A stretch of DNA of 64,000 nucleotides from Camelus dromedarius (taxonomy: Eukaryota), in the NCBI RefSeq assembly GCF_036321535.1, contig NC_087436.1:34970001-35034000 (forward strand), given 5' to 3'. Position 1 is the first letter of the stretch. Each line of letters opens with the position of its first letter. The position numbers and the translations under genes were made by a program. Below are positions 1-12,950 of the stretch, in pieces. A model generated the notes under the pieces. It did no database searches and was not told where the DNA came from. It was given only the letters and a program-made list of their open reading frames with translations.

Positions 1-570
1 TTTTTTTATGGCTAAATCATATTCTATCCTTTGTACTTTTGTTTAGCCATCCATTACTTGACAAACATTTGAGGATTTGGGGGGGTATTATGAATAATAT
101 TGCTATGAATATTTGTGTACAAGCTTTTAAATGGACATGTTTTTATTTCTTTTGAGTACATACCAAGAAGTCAAACTGCTGGATCACGTATTAACTTTAT
201 GTTTAACTTCTGAGGAATTGCCAAAGTGTTTTCCAAATCTGCTGCACTATTTTACATTCCCATTGGCAATGCATGAGGGTTCTAATTTTTCCACATCCTT
301 ACTAACATCTGTTACTGTCCATCTTTTTGATTCTAGCTATCCTAGTGGCTGTGAAATGGCATCTCATTGTGATTTTGATTTGCATTTCCCTATGGCTAAT
401 GATGTTGAGCTTTTACTCATGTGCTTACCGGCCACCGCATATCTTCTTTGGAGAAATAACTGTTCTTATTCTTTGTACATTTGTATTGACTTATTTGTAT
501 TTCTGTTATTGAGTTCTATCAATATTTACGTATGAGATGAGTTCCTTATCAGATAGATGGTTTGCAAATG
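1..570 (-). mobile_element. L1 (L1M-type) ORF2 3' end / 3' UTR fragment, antisense
   Basis: Recognisable antisense L1 text such as 'ctgctggatcacgtattaactttatgtttaacttctgaggaattgccaaagtgttttccaa' and 'atctcattgtgattttgatttgcatttccctatggctaatgatgttgagc'. Confidence 0.9.
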
Positions 571-1260
571 TTCCATGTGCATTTGAGAAGAATATGCATT
601 CTGCTGTTATTGGGCAGACTGTTCTTTAGACGGCTCTGTAGGTCTAGTTGGTTTATTGTGTTATTAAAATCTCTTATTTCTTTGCTAAACTTCTGTCTAG
701 TCATTCCATCAATTATGAAAGTATAGTACTGATGTTTCCAACTACTGTTGCTGAATTGCCTGTTTCTCTGCTCAGTTCTATCAGTTTTTGTTTCATGGTT
801 TTTTTGGCCTTTCTTGTCAGGTGCATTTATTTTTATAACAGTTATGTCTTCTTGATGGATTGACTATTTTATTATTACAAAATACCGATCTTTGTTTCTA
901 ATAACAATTTATCATGAAGTCTGTTTGGTCTGAGATTAGTATAGCCACTCCAGCTCTCTTTTAGTTACTGTTTGCATGGTATATTTTTTTCTATCCTTTT
1001 ATTTTTAACCTATTTCTGTCTCAAATTTAAAGTGTATCTCTCACAGACAGCATATAGTTGAACAATGTTATTTTTAACCTATTCTGCCAATTTCTGCCTT
1101 TGGTTAGAGATTTTAATATTTAATGTAATTACTGATAACGTAGAATTTATGTGTGCCCTTTTGCTATTTGTTTTTTATATATCTATTTTTATCCTATATT
1201 TTTCCTTTACTATATTATGTTGTGTTAAATATATTTTTCTAATGTACAATTCTGATTGTG
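571..1260 (-). mobile_element. Old L1 ORF2 endonuclease-region / inter-ORF fragment, antisense
   Basis: 'ttccatgtgcatttgagaagaatatgcattctgctgtt' and 'ttagtatagccactccagctctctttt' match recalled antisense L1 EN-domain sequence. T-rich plus strand. Confidence 0.85.
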
Positions 1261-1271
1261 CTGTTTCTCTA

Positions 1272-1641
1272 TGCTATAGCTTAAATGTTTATAACTTCAA
1301 AATTCATATGTTGAAATCCTAGTATCCAATGTGATCATGTTAGCAGCTGGGGCCTTTGCGAGGTGCCTGGGTCATGAGGGTGGAGCCCTGATGAATGGGA
1401 TTGGTGCTCTTATAAAAGCAACTCCACAGATCTGCTTAGCCTCTTCTGCCCTATGAGGATACAATGAGAAGCCTGCAGCTGGGAAGAGGGTCTTCCCCTG
1501 ACCATGCTGGCACCTTGATCTCAGACTTCCAGCATCCAGAACTGTGAGAAATAAATTTTTGTTGTTTATAAGCTACTCAATCTGTATGTGTGAGTGTGTG
1601 TGTGTGTATGTTTTAAACAGCAGCTTTAATGGACTATGACA
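1272..1641 (+). mobile_element. MaLR solo LTR, MLT1A-like, inserted in L1
   Basis: TG...CA ends. MLT1A-type motifs 'gggtcatgagggtggagccctgatgaatgggattggtgctcttataaaag' and 'ccatgctggcaccttgatctcagacttccagcatccagaactgtgagaaataaat'. Confidence 0.9.
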
Positions 1642-2920
1642 TTCAAACTGGATAATCTCAATGGACCTATCTTTAAGATTGCTATTTGTTTATTTATATT
1701 CTCAATTTGATGAGACATTGTTCCCATATTTTCCTTTAATTCTTTAAACATGGTTATCTTTGGTTTCTTGAACATGTTTAAAATAATGATTTAAAATCTT
1801 TATTCAGCAGATCCAATGTCTTGGTTTCCTTTCATATAGTTTCAATTGACTTGTCACTTATTTTTCTTGTGTAGAGTCCATACTTGGTTTCTTTCTATGT
1901 CTTATGATTTCTGTTTGAAATTTGGACATTTTAAATAACACAGATTCACTTCCATCTGCAGGGTTTGTTGTTGTGGCTGCTTATTGTTGTGACTATTTGG
2001 CGACTTACATTGGTATTCTTTGTTGTATGTAGCTTCTGAAATCCTTGGATGGTCAATTTAGTGGTCAGCTAATGATTAGAGACACATTTCCTTAAATTCC
2101 TCAAATCAAGAAATTTTCCATTTTGCTGAGTGGCTCTGTACGTACATGGAGGCATGCCTTCAAGGTTCAGACAAGCAGTTTACAACTTTACCTTAGTCTT
2201 TATTTCCTGCTCATGCAGAGCCTCAAGGTCAGCCAGAGCCTTCTTCATCTCTCCTGGGAATGCACCCAGACCTAGGCACACAAAACCTTTTAGATTCTCA
2301 GGAACATTTTGGAGCTTTTAAAAGCTCCCTATACACACTTCATTTTCCAGCTTTTTTTTTTTTTTTAAGTTTTTTGATCACCTTGTCATTTGCTCCAACT
2401 GTTATTGCCAACATCAGAACAATTGCTGCTGATTAGCTTCCTCAAGTGCTCCCAGGAAAAACATTGTTCACACTGGATGAACTCCGATTCTGATTAAATG
2501 AAGGCAAGCTTTGGGATGGGGTTTTCCAGGAAACTTTCAGATAAATCGAATAATGACTGTTATCTGGGAACAGGCCTTTGAGGGAGCTCTAGCCCCATCC
2601 TGCCCCTTCTAGTGGCTGCTAGATTGCTGGTTATCACCACGATAGTGGGATTGTTGGTTTTCAAGGCGACCATGGAATTTGGGAGACAGAGCTGGGAACA
2701 GGGCAGACTAAAGTGTCGCAAGACTCACTGCTGTTACTGAAATTCAGGCATTTTTCCAAAATAAATACTCCCCAGATTGTTGCAAGCTTTTGGTTAATTC
2801 TCACAGTTCTAAAAAAGAAAAGTTGACTTAAAATTTTTTTTGCCAGTGTTCTTATTGCTTTTATTAAGCAAAGAATACTTGGAGATTCTTACTCTGTCCT
2901 CCCCACTGATGTCACCTCCC
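1642..2920 (-). mobile_element. Old L1 (L1MC/MD-like) ORF1 / 5' UTR remnant, antisense
   Basis: Continues the L1 past the LTR. Ends in 'ttggagattcttactctgtcctccccactgatgtcacc', which resembles old L1M 5' termini. Confidence 0.6.
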
Positions 2921-4719
2921 ATCTGCCACCTTATGTATAAGAATTTGAGTTGGTTTTTCCCCTCTGGATTGCAACCAAGAGCATCTTAACCCATACCCTT
3001 TTCCACTCAGTATCATTCATGGCTCCCAGTTCTGACCTCATGTATCTTTTTGAAGAGCTAGCTCCTAATTCATAAAGTCCTAGAATGTATTCAGATTAAT
3101 GTAATCTGGATCATCTACCCTTGTCTTACACAACCACGAGGGTGTGGTCCTTTGGATGTGGATGGAAGTAGGAGTGAAACTGTGCCTGGCAGCCTCCACC
3201 TGGGCCATTTAATTAGAGCCAGAGAGAAACTGTTTTCCCGAAGTAGAGCAATGTTGTTCTGAATGTACCACGAATGATAAATGGAATCAGAATCAGGTTC
3301 TCAAAGAACCTCATGGAATCAGGTTCATCATTCTTAGGAAGAAATTGTGATGTTCTGGTCATTCAAGACACGGCAAAGTTAATAAAGAAGTTATATAGTC
3401 TTACTCTGCTTTGCTTTCTCTCGTTTTACACTCTATGATTGTTATTATAATAACCTTGAAACTCCAAACTCTACACATGAGCTTTATGAATGATGACTTC
3501 TCTGATGTGTAGTAACATTGAAACACTTTGGTATAAGGACTTCAGGTGGGAGGTGGGAGGAGGAGGAAATACTAAAGAAAAAGTAAAAAACATTTTCTCA
3601 TCAGGAAATGTACACTATGATTTTTCATGGATGATAAACTACTTGCAGAAGATATGCTACCAACTGTGTAGCATATTACATGAATTAAACAAATAAGCAA
3701 TCAAGCAGAATACTTTTGCTTAGAAATTCTAATAAAACTATATTCATGACTATTTTAATCATGTTACTCTGTTACTTTTGAATGTCATCATAATTTCAGG
3801 GCATCCATAATGATTTATATATTTTTTGTTTATTTTGCTTTTAGAAGAAGCTCTTTTCACTCAGTGAGTGGATTTTGATGAAAATAGCTTTGAGAAGTAA
3901 TTGTGTATGTTAGCTTCTTATACATAATCATAAGCCAAACTTTTACAACTTAATGAAAGATTTATCTCAGTCCATTCTCTTAGCTCAAAATGTTACACAC
4001 AATTCAGACAATAGTGCTATTATTTCAAATAGCACAATATCCTTGAAACAAACTACGACCAGGGAAATACTCTAAATGAAGTAGAGAGAGGGTAAGCTGG
4101 TGTCCTTTGTGGACTGGCCCTATTTAGGCAAAAGGCATATTTCAAGTGGCTAGATTCCTAATAAGGGTAGTAAAAGAATCATTCCATTTCTTCTTTTCTT
4201 GGGTAGAAATAAATATTTCATTACTTTCAGACTGTCAGAAATTCAATCTCATTCTATATCCTGTCTTTCGCGGCCACTGCCAGTACAATCTGAGGAGGTG
4301 CAGATAAGAAGGCATTGATAATGAGAGTGAGGTACGAGCTGAAGCTGTCTGCTGTGTACTTAACTTCCCTTCCAGCTAGAAGATACCAGCAGAGTGCCAA
4401 GAGGCTGTTCCCTTGCTAAATCCTTGATAACTATTTGGCCGAACAAGCTTTTAGATTTACAGAGGTAGACATGATTTTATTTGTCATCTATTCCACTATT
4501 TATTTGATATATGAATCTCTCTAAGTCATCCTCAAATTTTATCTTTCATCTTCTGAATACATTCAATGGCCGGAAACCCCATTTCCTTCTGAGACAATGT
4601 ATTCCAGTTCTAAATACTTATTAGAAACTCATTCATTGTATAAGCTGCAGTTTGACTTGAAATTTCAAACACTGCACTTAGTTTTGCTTTAAATTGGTGG
4701 GGAAAACTGAAAAACTTAC

Positions 4720-5880
4720 GTACCTGACTAGTAAGAAACTTCATACTAGGTTACAAAGAAAAATTTAGATCCTTTGGTAGAGTTATTATGATGTGAAAAT
4801 ATGGGCAGGGTGGTAAAATTATCCCATAATATTCTGACTGAAGAAATACCCTAAAGAATGTTTATTAATGGATTTCTATTGACTCAGAGTTTCACTGCAG
4901 AAGATTCTTTTCTTGGCCCTGCCCCATTCAACAACTTTGTCAATAATTTGCATTAAAAAGAAGAAAGGACACATCTAATTAATAAGCAAGTAGCACGATG
5001 TACAGAAGAGGAGCCTTCACATGCTGTGAATGACTAACAATCAGAATCCAAATGACTGTGGTACATTTAGATGTACAGGATATACGGATATACATCAAGT
5101 CCTTTTACAGTATACCATGAAGATCTATATAGCTCAGAGTCAGAAAGTGAAGAAAATCAAAGAGTTTTAGCTGACTGAAAGCATATGAATAGCTAACGCA
5201 GGAATTAGCCAATCAAAACCCACTGTCTGTTGTTGTGAATAAAGTTTTATTGAAACACGGCCATGGTCATTCATTTACATAGGGTCTGTGGCTGCCTTCA
5301 TGCAACAACAGAATTGAGTATTGTGACAGAACTTTATGGACCTTAAAGCCTAAAATATTTACTATACAGGAAAATTTATAGAAAAATTGATGATTTTTGT
5401 TAATACATATAGAGGGTCCACATATAGAGAGATAACCACTCCCAAAGTTTTCTGCATTTTTCATTAGTTTTATTCTCATTAACAATTTCAGTTTCAGGTT
5501 CTACATTTTGCTGAGGACATTAACAACTAGCAAGAAGAGACTAATGGGAAAGGTGAAGGGGCTGCAAAGAAGCCACGTTGAATGAAGAACTTGCAAATAA
5601 ACAGAATGATCAGCCTAGAGGAGAGAGGATTCATGGGAAACAAAATAACTATACTTGTAGTTTCAAATATATGAAAGATACTTGCTGTATTTTGAAATTT
5701 CAGAGAGCAGGACTAGGAAAAATGGATCAATGAAATATACGGAGTTAGGGTTTAGCATGTTAAAATAAACAATGCTTTACTGATTAAAATGATTTACAAT
5801 AAAGCATATTTCCTTGGGAAGGAGTGTTTCCCATATGTGGAAAGAATCAAGACAAGGAGGCATGCCCACTGTTTTGGACA
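4720..5880 (+). mobile_element. CR1/L3 LINE RT-region and 3' remnant, split by MER58A
   Basis: 'cttggccctgccccattcaacaactttgtcaataatttg', 'ttcagtttcaggttctacattttg' and 'agcctagaggagagaggattcatggg' resemble L3/CR1 consensus. Confidence 0.65.
5199..5399. mobile_element. MER58A-like hAT-Charlie MITE
   Basis: 'aataaagttttattgaaacacggccatggtcattcatttacat...ggctgccttcatgcaacaacagaattgagtattgtgacag...aagcctaaaatatttactat'. Confidence 0.85.
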
Positions 5881-6449
5881 TGTAGATCCAGCCTGAAGAA
5901 CAAGAGAAACACATACAAATCACCTTTCGAGTCCCCATAAACGCTGAGACCACATTATTTTGTGTTTGTTTTGCTGACCACTCATTGAACACCACTCTTC
6001 ATTCTGTCCTGACTGGTTTCCAGCTTTAATTCCCATCTACACCATCTCCCGAGCCTGTCTGGGTATGTGGTAATCTCCTGAGACACAAGCCCGTAGCACA
6101 GGTTCTAATTACCCAGTTCTAACATCCGTCTACAGGACTTCGTTTCTAGATGCAATAGCACTTCAGTCACTTTATCTGAATGATCGTGTTTCTGGTAGCT
6201 GCTTAGCCCAGATCCAAGCCTTGGGGTCACACCCATTCATGCAGCAAATATCCACTGATCACCTGCTATCTACTAGGTATTATTCTAGGACCTAAGGACA
6301 AAACAATGTTTATTGTTTCTAACTGATCCTAATTTCGTAGGATTTTGGATGAACCTTATCTTATTATCTACCTCTTATATAAGAAGCATAATGATTCACA
6401 GTAGGGTGTACTTTATACTGCTAAAAATTTTTTGTTTTATTTAACAAAC

Positions 6450-6685
6450 AGTTAAGTGGTACAAACTACTTACCAGGTACTGTTCTAAGCACTTTACAAA
6501 TACTGGATCATTTTTGATCCTGATAACATGTCTACAGAAAGAAAAAAAAAAAAACCTATTATTATTCCCATTTTACTGATAAGAAAATTGAGGCCAAAGA
6601 AGTAAAACTGATTTGACAAGGTTACAAAAAAAGTGCCAGAGCCAGGATTCAAACACAAGCAGTCTAGCTCCAGAGCCCCTGTCTG
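6450..6685 (-). mobile_element. MIR SINE
   Basis: MIR core 'ttattcccattttactgataagaaaattgaggc' and 'agagccaggattcaaacacaagcagtctagctccagagccc'. Confidence 0.85.
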
Positions 6686-7873
6686 TAATCACAAGAGGAT
6701 GGGCTGAGTCAAGTTTCTATGAGCTTAGATGCAGGTGTCTCCCTTTCCTTTCCCTCCTTTCTCTTTTCTTCTTTATATCACCCAGAAAGTCTCTTTCAAA
6801 GAAAGCCATCTCAGGTGCATGCTGAGCCTGAAAACTACTTCCATCTTCAAAGTTCCAGCAGGTATTTGTTGGATAAGAGCCTGATGGATCTTAGCATAAC
6901 CATGAAGTAGTAACTCGGAACTCTGCTTGACTCCACCCTCTGGACTGGGTTAGAGAAATGGAGGAACAGGAAGCAAGGAGAAAAGCAGATAGGAGAGAAT
7001 GCTTAACTGCAAATGCAACCTTATAAAAAGAACAACTATCTAAGACCTACAGGAAAATTCTTCAAGTACTGTGGTCATTTTTAGAGAATGTATTGCCTAT
7101 GTATGAAATTATAACTATTAAATTGATTCCATTACAAGACAATGTGGTTTGTTTATTTTTCATGCTTCTATTATGCCTAATTGGTGGGCATGGTCCTTAA
7201 AACTACAGATGCTTCTTTAGTAGTTCATGCATTTTCCTGAGAGCAGAGTTTATCTATGTATAAAGATTTTTCAAAAGGCAGCTTGTGTACTTAAGTATCA
7301 CTCTTAAGTATGTGCTCACCCACAAATGGCCTAGGCCTTTAGTCCAATCCCGTATATACTGTGCATGTTGGCTTCTCATATGGTTTCCTAATCTGCCAGA
7401 GATGGTAAAAATTAGTTGTTTTAGAGAGTAAGAAAGTAAGTTTTCTAGGTAGGTAGATGGTCTCTTTTTCAATTGCTCTTTTGAACTTTTGCTCTTAAAT
7501 TTGAAGGGAGTCAAAATGCAAAATTTTTTCTAGCCACATTCCGTTATTTAACATGTGCAGTTGTGCAGTAAGCAAAGAGTTGGGTTTAATTGTAGTAGGG
7601 TTTTCTAAAATGAGTCCTTCAGAAAGTTGGGTAAAAAAGGATGTTTCCATGGAAGTAATTACAGTGGTGGGTTGTGAAATAAAGTTAAACAATAAGGAAT
7701 TTGAAACCTTAGTGAACAATTAAAAAAAATTTGTCAATTTTGTTCACTTTGGACTTCAAAATCTTTTTGTATTAGGTTGACAGGATATGGCTTACTGAGT
7801 GGGTATGTTTAACAATATCTGAAGGGGCATTTTAACTGAGAATTTAAAAAAAGAAAAAAACAATGTGATAATA

Positions 7874-7919
7874 AGCTAAATAGAAACTTTCTAATTAGCT
7901 AAATAGAAACTATCTAATA
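7874..7919. repeat. Direct tandem duplication, 2 x 23 bp
   Basis: agctaaatagaaactttctaatt / agctaaatagaaactatctaata (2 mismatches). Confidence 0.9.
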
Positions 7920-8363
7920 AGACCTGTATTTTACTAGATGTCATATGCGATGAACTATGAATAGTAGATAATGTGTGTCGATCTGCTTCTAATTCCTTCT
8001 AAGTCTAAACTGTTGATAAACTTTAGTCAGTGAAGTTCAGAGTATGAGACAGTATACCTGTAGTCTACTGTGCATCCTAATTTGTTTATACATGTAGTCT
8101 AAGATGGTGGCTTCTTGCTTTAAAGAACTTATTAATCATTACAGAATGTTCTTATTCTCTGTTCAATAACTTGGAAATGTCTGTGAGGTGCTGGAGCTCT
8201 CTGTGTCTTTTGTTTCTGATTCCCAAATGCACTCATGCTTTCGTTGGTCCCAGTATTTGTCGTGTAGAACCTCCACTCTTCTCTTCTTTATGGTACATGG
8301 AGAAATTGCATAAAGAATCTTCAATAGCACTGTGAAATATGCTCAAGACAAAACAGTCTAGAA

Positions 8364-8563
8364 CAGGCCTTAGCAAACCAAAATCCACAGGCTAAATCAA
8401 ACCTGTCACCTGCTTTTTTAAATAAAATCTTATTGGAACACAACACACTCATTGATTTACGTATTCTCAAGGGCACAGGTGAATGGTCGTAAGAGAGATC
8501 ATATGGGCTGAACAGCCTACATTTACTATTTGACTCTTTACAGAAAATATTTTCTGACCTCTG
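8364..8563. mobile_element. MER58A-like hAT MITE with 8-bp TSD
   Basis: CAG...CTG ends and MER58A internal motifs. Flanked by gtctagaa (8356-8363) and gtttagaa (8564-8571), an 8-bp hAT-type TSD with one mismatch. Confidence 0.9.
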
Positions 8564-9697
8564 GTTTAGAATAGCACTGTGTTGATATGTCAGGACTAAT
8601 AATGGAAGGCCCCATCAGTCCCTCTTCAGAGGTGACTCTAGTGCACAGACAGAAATGTAGTTCCCCGAGGATGTCTTTTCCCATCCCTACATGCCCAATC
8701 ACCCTCAATGCTGTAACCATCTTCTTCCAGATGCCAAGGGTTGCAGAAATTGCTGGTACCCACGCTTCTGTCCCGAGAGTTCTTATTGCCCTGGATAAGA
8801 ACTAATACTGAAATTAACACGTGGCAGTTTTTCAAGTGATTTGGGAGACGATGCAGATTTTGCTGCTTTTAATTGTTGTATTTTCCTTTGTTTTGGGGTA
8901 AGGAGACATGAAGAAAATTGCTTCTGCTAATTTCTTTCAGTAAGTGACAGAATTTAGATTAAACAGAGAAGAACTTTATGCTCTTTACTGAGATGCAAAG
9001 TCCCCACCTCTTTCTCCTACTAGATTATTCATGCATCACACATGAATGGAGTTTCTGGGAGTATAATGTTTATTCCAACAATACATCTAATTGTGAGTGA
9101 AAGCACTAATTAAAACATCAGGAGAATTTTGTTTTTAAGTGCTTATGTTAATGATTACATTCATCCATTTGAATTCTTATTAACTGGAGTTTTGCTGTAG
9201 AAATTCTTATCACAATGGCCTGACTCTAATGTGTGCTCTGCTTGTAGCTTTGATTTATGATGTAGTTCTTGTTGTTTGCCAGCTCTTTTTTAAACTACAG
9301 AATGGGGAAAAAAACACGTTTTCAGCAATGACACATCCACAAGGTGATTTCTGGGAGCTTCAAATGCAGGCTTTAATCCTTCTTTAGGTTAGCCACCAAC
9401 TGGAGCTGCCGAACAACATTTGGGCTTTTCAGACACATTAGGGATTCTGGACAGGTTTCATCTAGACACGCTTGTGCTCCTTGCCATTCTAATAGTGGCA
9501 TTTTGTCTCTCAGTGGAATCTTCTCACATTACATTTAGGAAAAAGTGACTTATTTCTGGGCTACAGCTTTCCGAAAGCTACTATCACATGAGTTAACTGA
9601 AATTAATTTCCCAATGTATCCTGTTCTGCAGTCTATGCAGAAGGAAATCAGATCCTGCTTGTTTCTGTCTGTGCCCCCTTGCACCTTCATTATGTGA

Positions 9698-9702
9698 TGT
9701 GT

Positions 9703-9745
<43 letters not shown>

Positions 9746-9754
9746 CACGCACGC
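9698..9754. repeat. (TG)n-(CG)n compound microsatellite
   Basis: About 20 TG units followed by gcgcgcgcacgcacgc. Confidence 0.95.
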
Positions 9755-10672
9755 TGGTAAAGATGAAGAAAGTGGAAACTGGGGTGGCAAAGAAAGGAAT
9801 TTAAAAAAAGATTTGCAGGGCAGAGTTCTGTTTTGTTTTTAATTTAGCCATGGAAGAGATAAAGAAAGCTAAATAAAAATTCACAAGGGCTTTAGGACTG
9901 TGGGGAGAGGATTTAGGCAGCATATTGTCTTAAGGCTCTACCACACCACGCACGTGGTGAGTTTACTGTGTAACCTGGGGAAGGTGTTTGAAAACGTAGA
10001 GACTTTCATGGAGGTTTTCCCAACCTTTTTAGAGAAAAATCAATACATTATACCTAGAAAAGGCTTTCTTTACTTTTCTTTATTTTTTTGGTATGTTTGA
10101 TTTGACTTAAATATCTAAAATATTCTTGGAGGTCTCTTTACCTTTCTTGGCCAGAACAAGAACCTGCTTGGCAGTAAGAGTGTGGAAAGAAAGACTCACT
10201 TTAACAAATCTGAGTCAGAAAACATTTATCATAATTGGCACAACTGATGGTTTGGGGTTTATTTTAGGGATCCTTTACTATTTTGAGAAAGTATAATTTT
10301 TGATGTAAAGCTTAGGATTGTGGAATGTATTTACTTATTTATATGAAAAACATTTATTCCAATGAAAAAATTTTATTTACCTAAATTAATCATAGACGTG
10401 GTAATAAGAATGTAGATTTGTGGGAAGATTTCAAGGAGATAAATAGTAATTCACCTTAAGTTAGGAAGCCCAAAGCCAAATAAGACAGGAAGGGAAGAGC
10501 CACTGCCTGAAACTTGTTTTATCCAGTGAAAATGTAAGAAAATATGATCCAAATTCTGGTTTCCTCAACACTGCACCATCCACCCAGGGTTTTGTGTGTT
10601 TTAATGCCTGGAGAATATAACAGAAAATAGTAATGTGATTCTAAGCAGACTATCACTGATGTTACACATAAA

Positions 10673-10713
10673 CAGGCATAACTCAGAGATACTACAAGTT
10701 CGGTTCCAGACCA
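10673..10713. mobile_element. Tigger1 terminal (TIR) fragment
   Basis: 'caggcataactcagagatactacaagttcggttccagacca' resembles the recalled Tigger1 end CAGGCATACCTCGGAGATATTGCGGGTTCGGTTCCAGACCA. Confidence 0.75.
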
Positions 10714-11759
10714 GCTCTGGAGAAATTTGGATTTCTTCAGAAATCACTTGGAAAGACTAGTTTAGACATTTGCTGAAATCTACTTAAGCTACTGTTTATC
10801 ATTACTTAAAAGAGAGTAGTGAGGCTCATATAACATAGGACAGAGAACAAAAAGCATTTTGAGGCTGTGATAAAGTTAAAAAATGTGAAAAAGAAAAAAA
10901 GAAAATCTTCACTTTACTTTTATAAACTTGTGTTTCTTAATGTTGACAAATTGTGATAGGATGCAATTTTGGTAAAGTTGCCAGTGTTATTGTTTATTTA
11001 GTCATTCTTGAAAACTGGGGCACAGTGGGTATCATTTCATAAATGAGTGTCATAATTTCTACAGTTCAGCATTTGGCACGGTGCACTGCCGTTAGTGACT
11101 TGGCTGAAGAATGTAACATATCTGGTAGCTTCAATTTGAAATCACCCAGATTATTTTAGCACAGCCCAAGCAGATTTTGTTTTTAGAAACATTTGTATCC
11201 TCTAGATCTTAACATTTATTTATCCACTGAGTGCCCACCACAAAAAAAGCAAAGCACTGTGCCACCCCAGTACTGGACATCTACCTGCCCCAGAGTCATC
11301 TCTTAAATTAGGGGACCCCCCCCCAAGTCTTTCTAAAAATTCAATAACCTTAGTTCCCTAAAAATCAGGGCACTTTGCTGGAGGGAGATGCTGAACATCT
11401 TGCTAATGAAAATGATCTATTGGCTCTGAACCAGAAAAACATTTTCTCTCCATTTAATTAGTAACTGCTCTGGATTTTTCTTCATTGATCTTTATATGGA
11501 AAATGTTCTCACTGAGCTAATCTAATGCCAAGTCTGTGATGTAAGATGCTTTTATTGCTTTGACATTGTAGTACCATGAGGAGAGAACAGCTACTTATGA
11601 ATTCTGAAAGAGGAAGCATGGGGGCTTCCATAAACACAGATGATACTCCTGATAAAACGGAAATGCGCTTGGTCTGTGTCAGGCAGTGAGAGCGGCACCT
11701 GGTGCCGTCAGCTGGCACTGAGTCACACGTTTCTCTCTTTTTACCCAAAGGCTGAGAGG

Positions 11760-12050
11760 CCACCCAACATTTACGCAGCATCTACCATGGTGGCAGGAAC
11801 ACTGGGTGAGGAACCAGCAGTGCAGGCACGAAGGAGAATAAGATCCCTATTCTCAAGTAGCTCATATAAAGCTGGAGAGAGAAAATAAGTAATTCTGACA
11901 TAAGGAGATTTTTGTTCTATTACAGACATGAGGACAGAACGAATATTTCCACCTGAGGAAGGTTTGAGATATCTCCACCGAGGTTTTCAAGAATCAGGGA
12001 AAGGAAAGGAAATGGCATTTCGGCTAGGGGAATCTACGTTAGCAAAGCTG
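11760..12050 (-). mobile_element. L2 LINE 3' fragment
   Basis: 'caacatttacgcagcatctaccatggtggcagg...aataagatccctattctcaagtagctcatat' fits the antisense L2 3' end. Confidence 0.65.
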
Positions 12051-12769
12051 CTACTGAAAAGTGCTACCTGGTAGAGAGTAAGTGCTCTGCAAGACACGCC
12101 CGCCTGAATAGCCACAAAGCCAAAGGTGATCAACACAGTAGTTGCTAGAGGTGTATGGAAAAGCCCATACCTTCCCCAGTTACATATCTGCTGCACTTGC
12201 CTGGTTCTGTTGCTGAGTTCCCCCTGGGGGATGGGCATTCTTTCCCGTGTGTCAAATATTTCTCTCCATTTCCTTTCCCCCCACATCTGTACTGCCTTTT
12301 TGTGCATGATTGCTGGGTTAAGGTGTCTTTCCCGCTCAATGGTGTTTTTTCTGCCGTCTTTGCTGGAAGTTGTGCCAGCTACAAGTTCTACTGCTTCTTA
12401 ATTACATTCTTAATCTCTATAGGCTTATAACAGAAAGTCTTTAGCTCCAGAACACAAGAAAAGAGAATGTAAGAGCAGCAAATAATACACAAAATGAAAC
12501 CATTCATAATTGTTTAAAAATGGCAAAGCTAGCAGCTGCTCAATTCCAATTATTTCTGTTATCTGCAGAATTTCTCACTGAAGGCAAGAATAATCACTGT
12601 ATTCAGCAGCTTGGGAAACGCAGATTTATATCAAACACAGACTCTATAAAACTGCAAAGTAACAGGAAATTCAGCCATACTTGAATACAGGGGAAAACTG
12701 AGACGGGAAAAATAGTCTGTGAGGTTGCCTCAAAATAGTAATATGTCCAGAGGACTTTCTGTACTGACA

Positions 12770-12950
12770 GATATTCATTCATCCCTGCATTGTCTTACTG
12801 GAAATTTTATTAGCCCCACTTCATAGATGAGGAAAGTAATGCACTCAGCATGTTCAAGTTCATGTAGCAATTCAGCAACTAAAATCAAAAACAGAATTCT
12901 GATTTTCCAGTTCCCAGGCTTATGATTTATCCTCCCATGTCACAGCTCTT
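12770..12950 (-). mobile_element. MIR SINE
   Basis: Core 'ttattagccccacttcatagatgaggaaagt'. Confidence 0.65.

Noticed and set aside
131..1322. ORFs of 134, 61, 71 and 85 aa
   Set aside because: They are antisense readings of L1 remnants, with the hydrophobic low-information peptides typical of T-rich L1 antisense.
7874..7919. Tandem MEF2 sites or CRISPR-like repeat
   Set aside because: CTAAATAG is shorter than the MEF2 consensus CTA(A/T)4TAG. There are only two abutting copies and no spacers, so it is a simple duplication.
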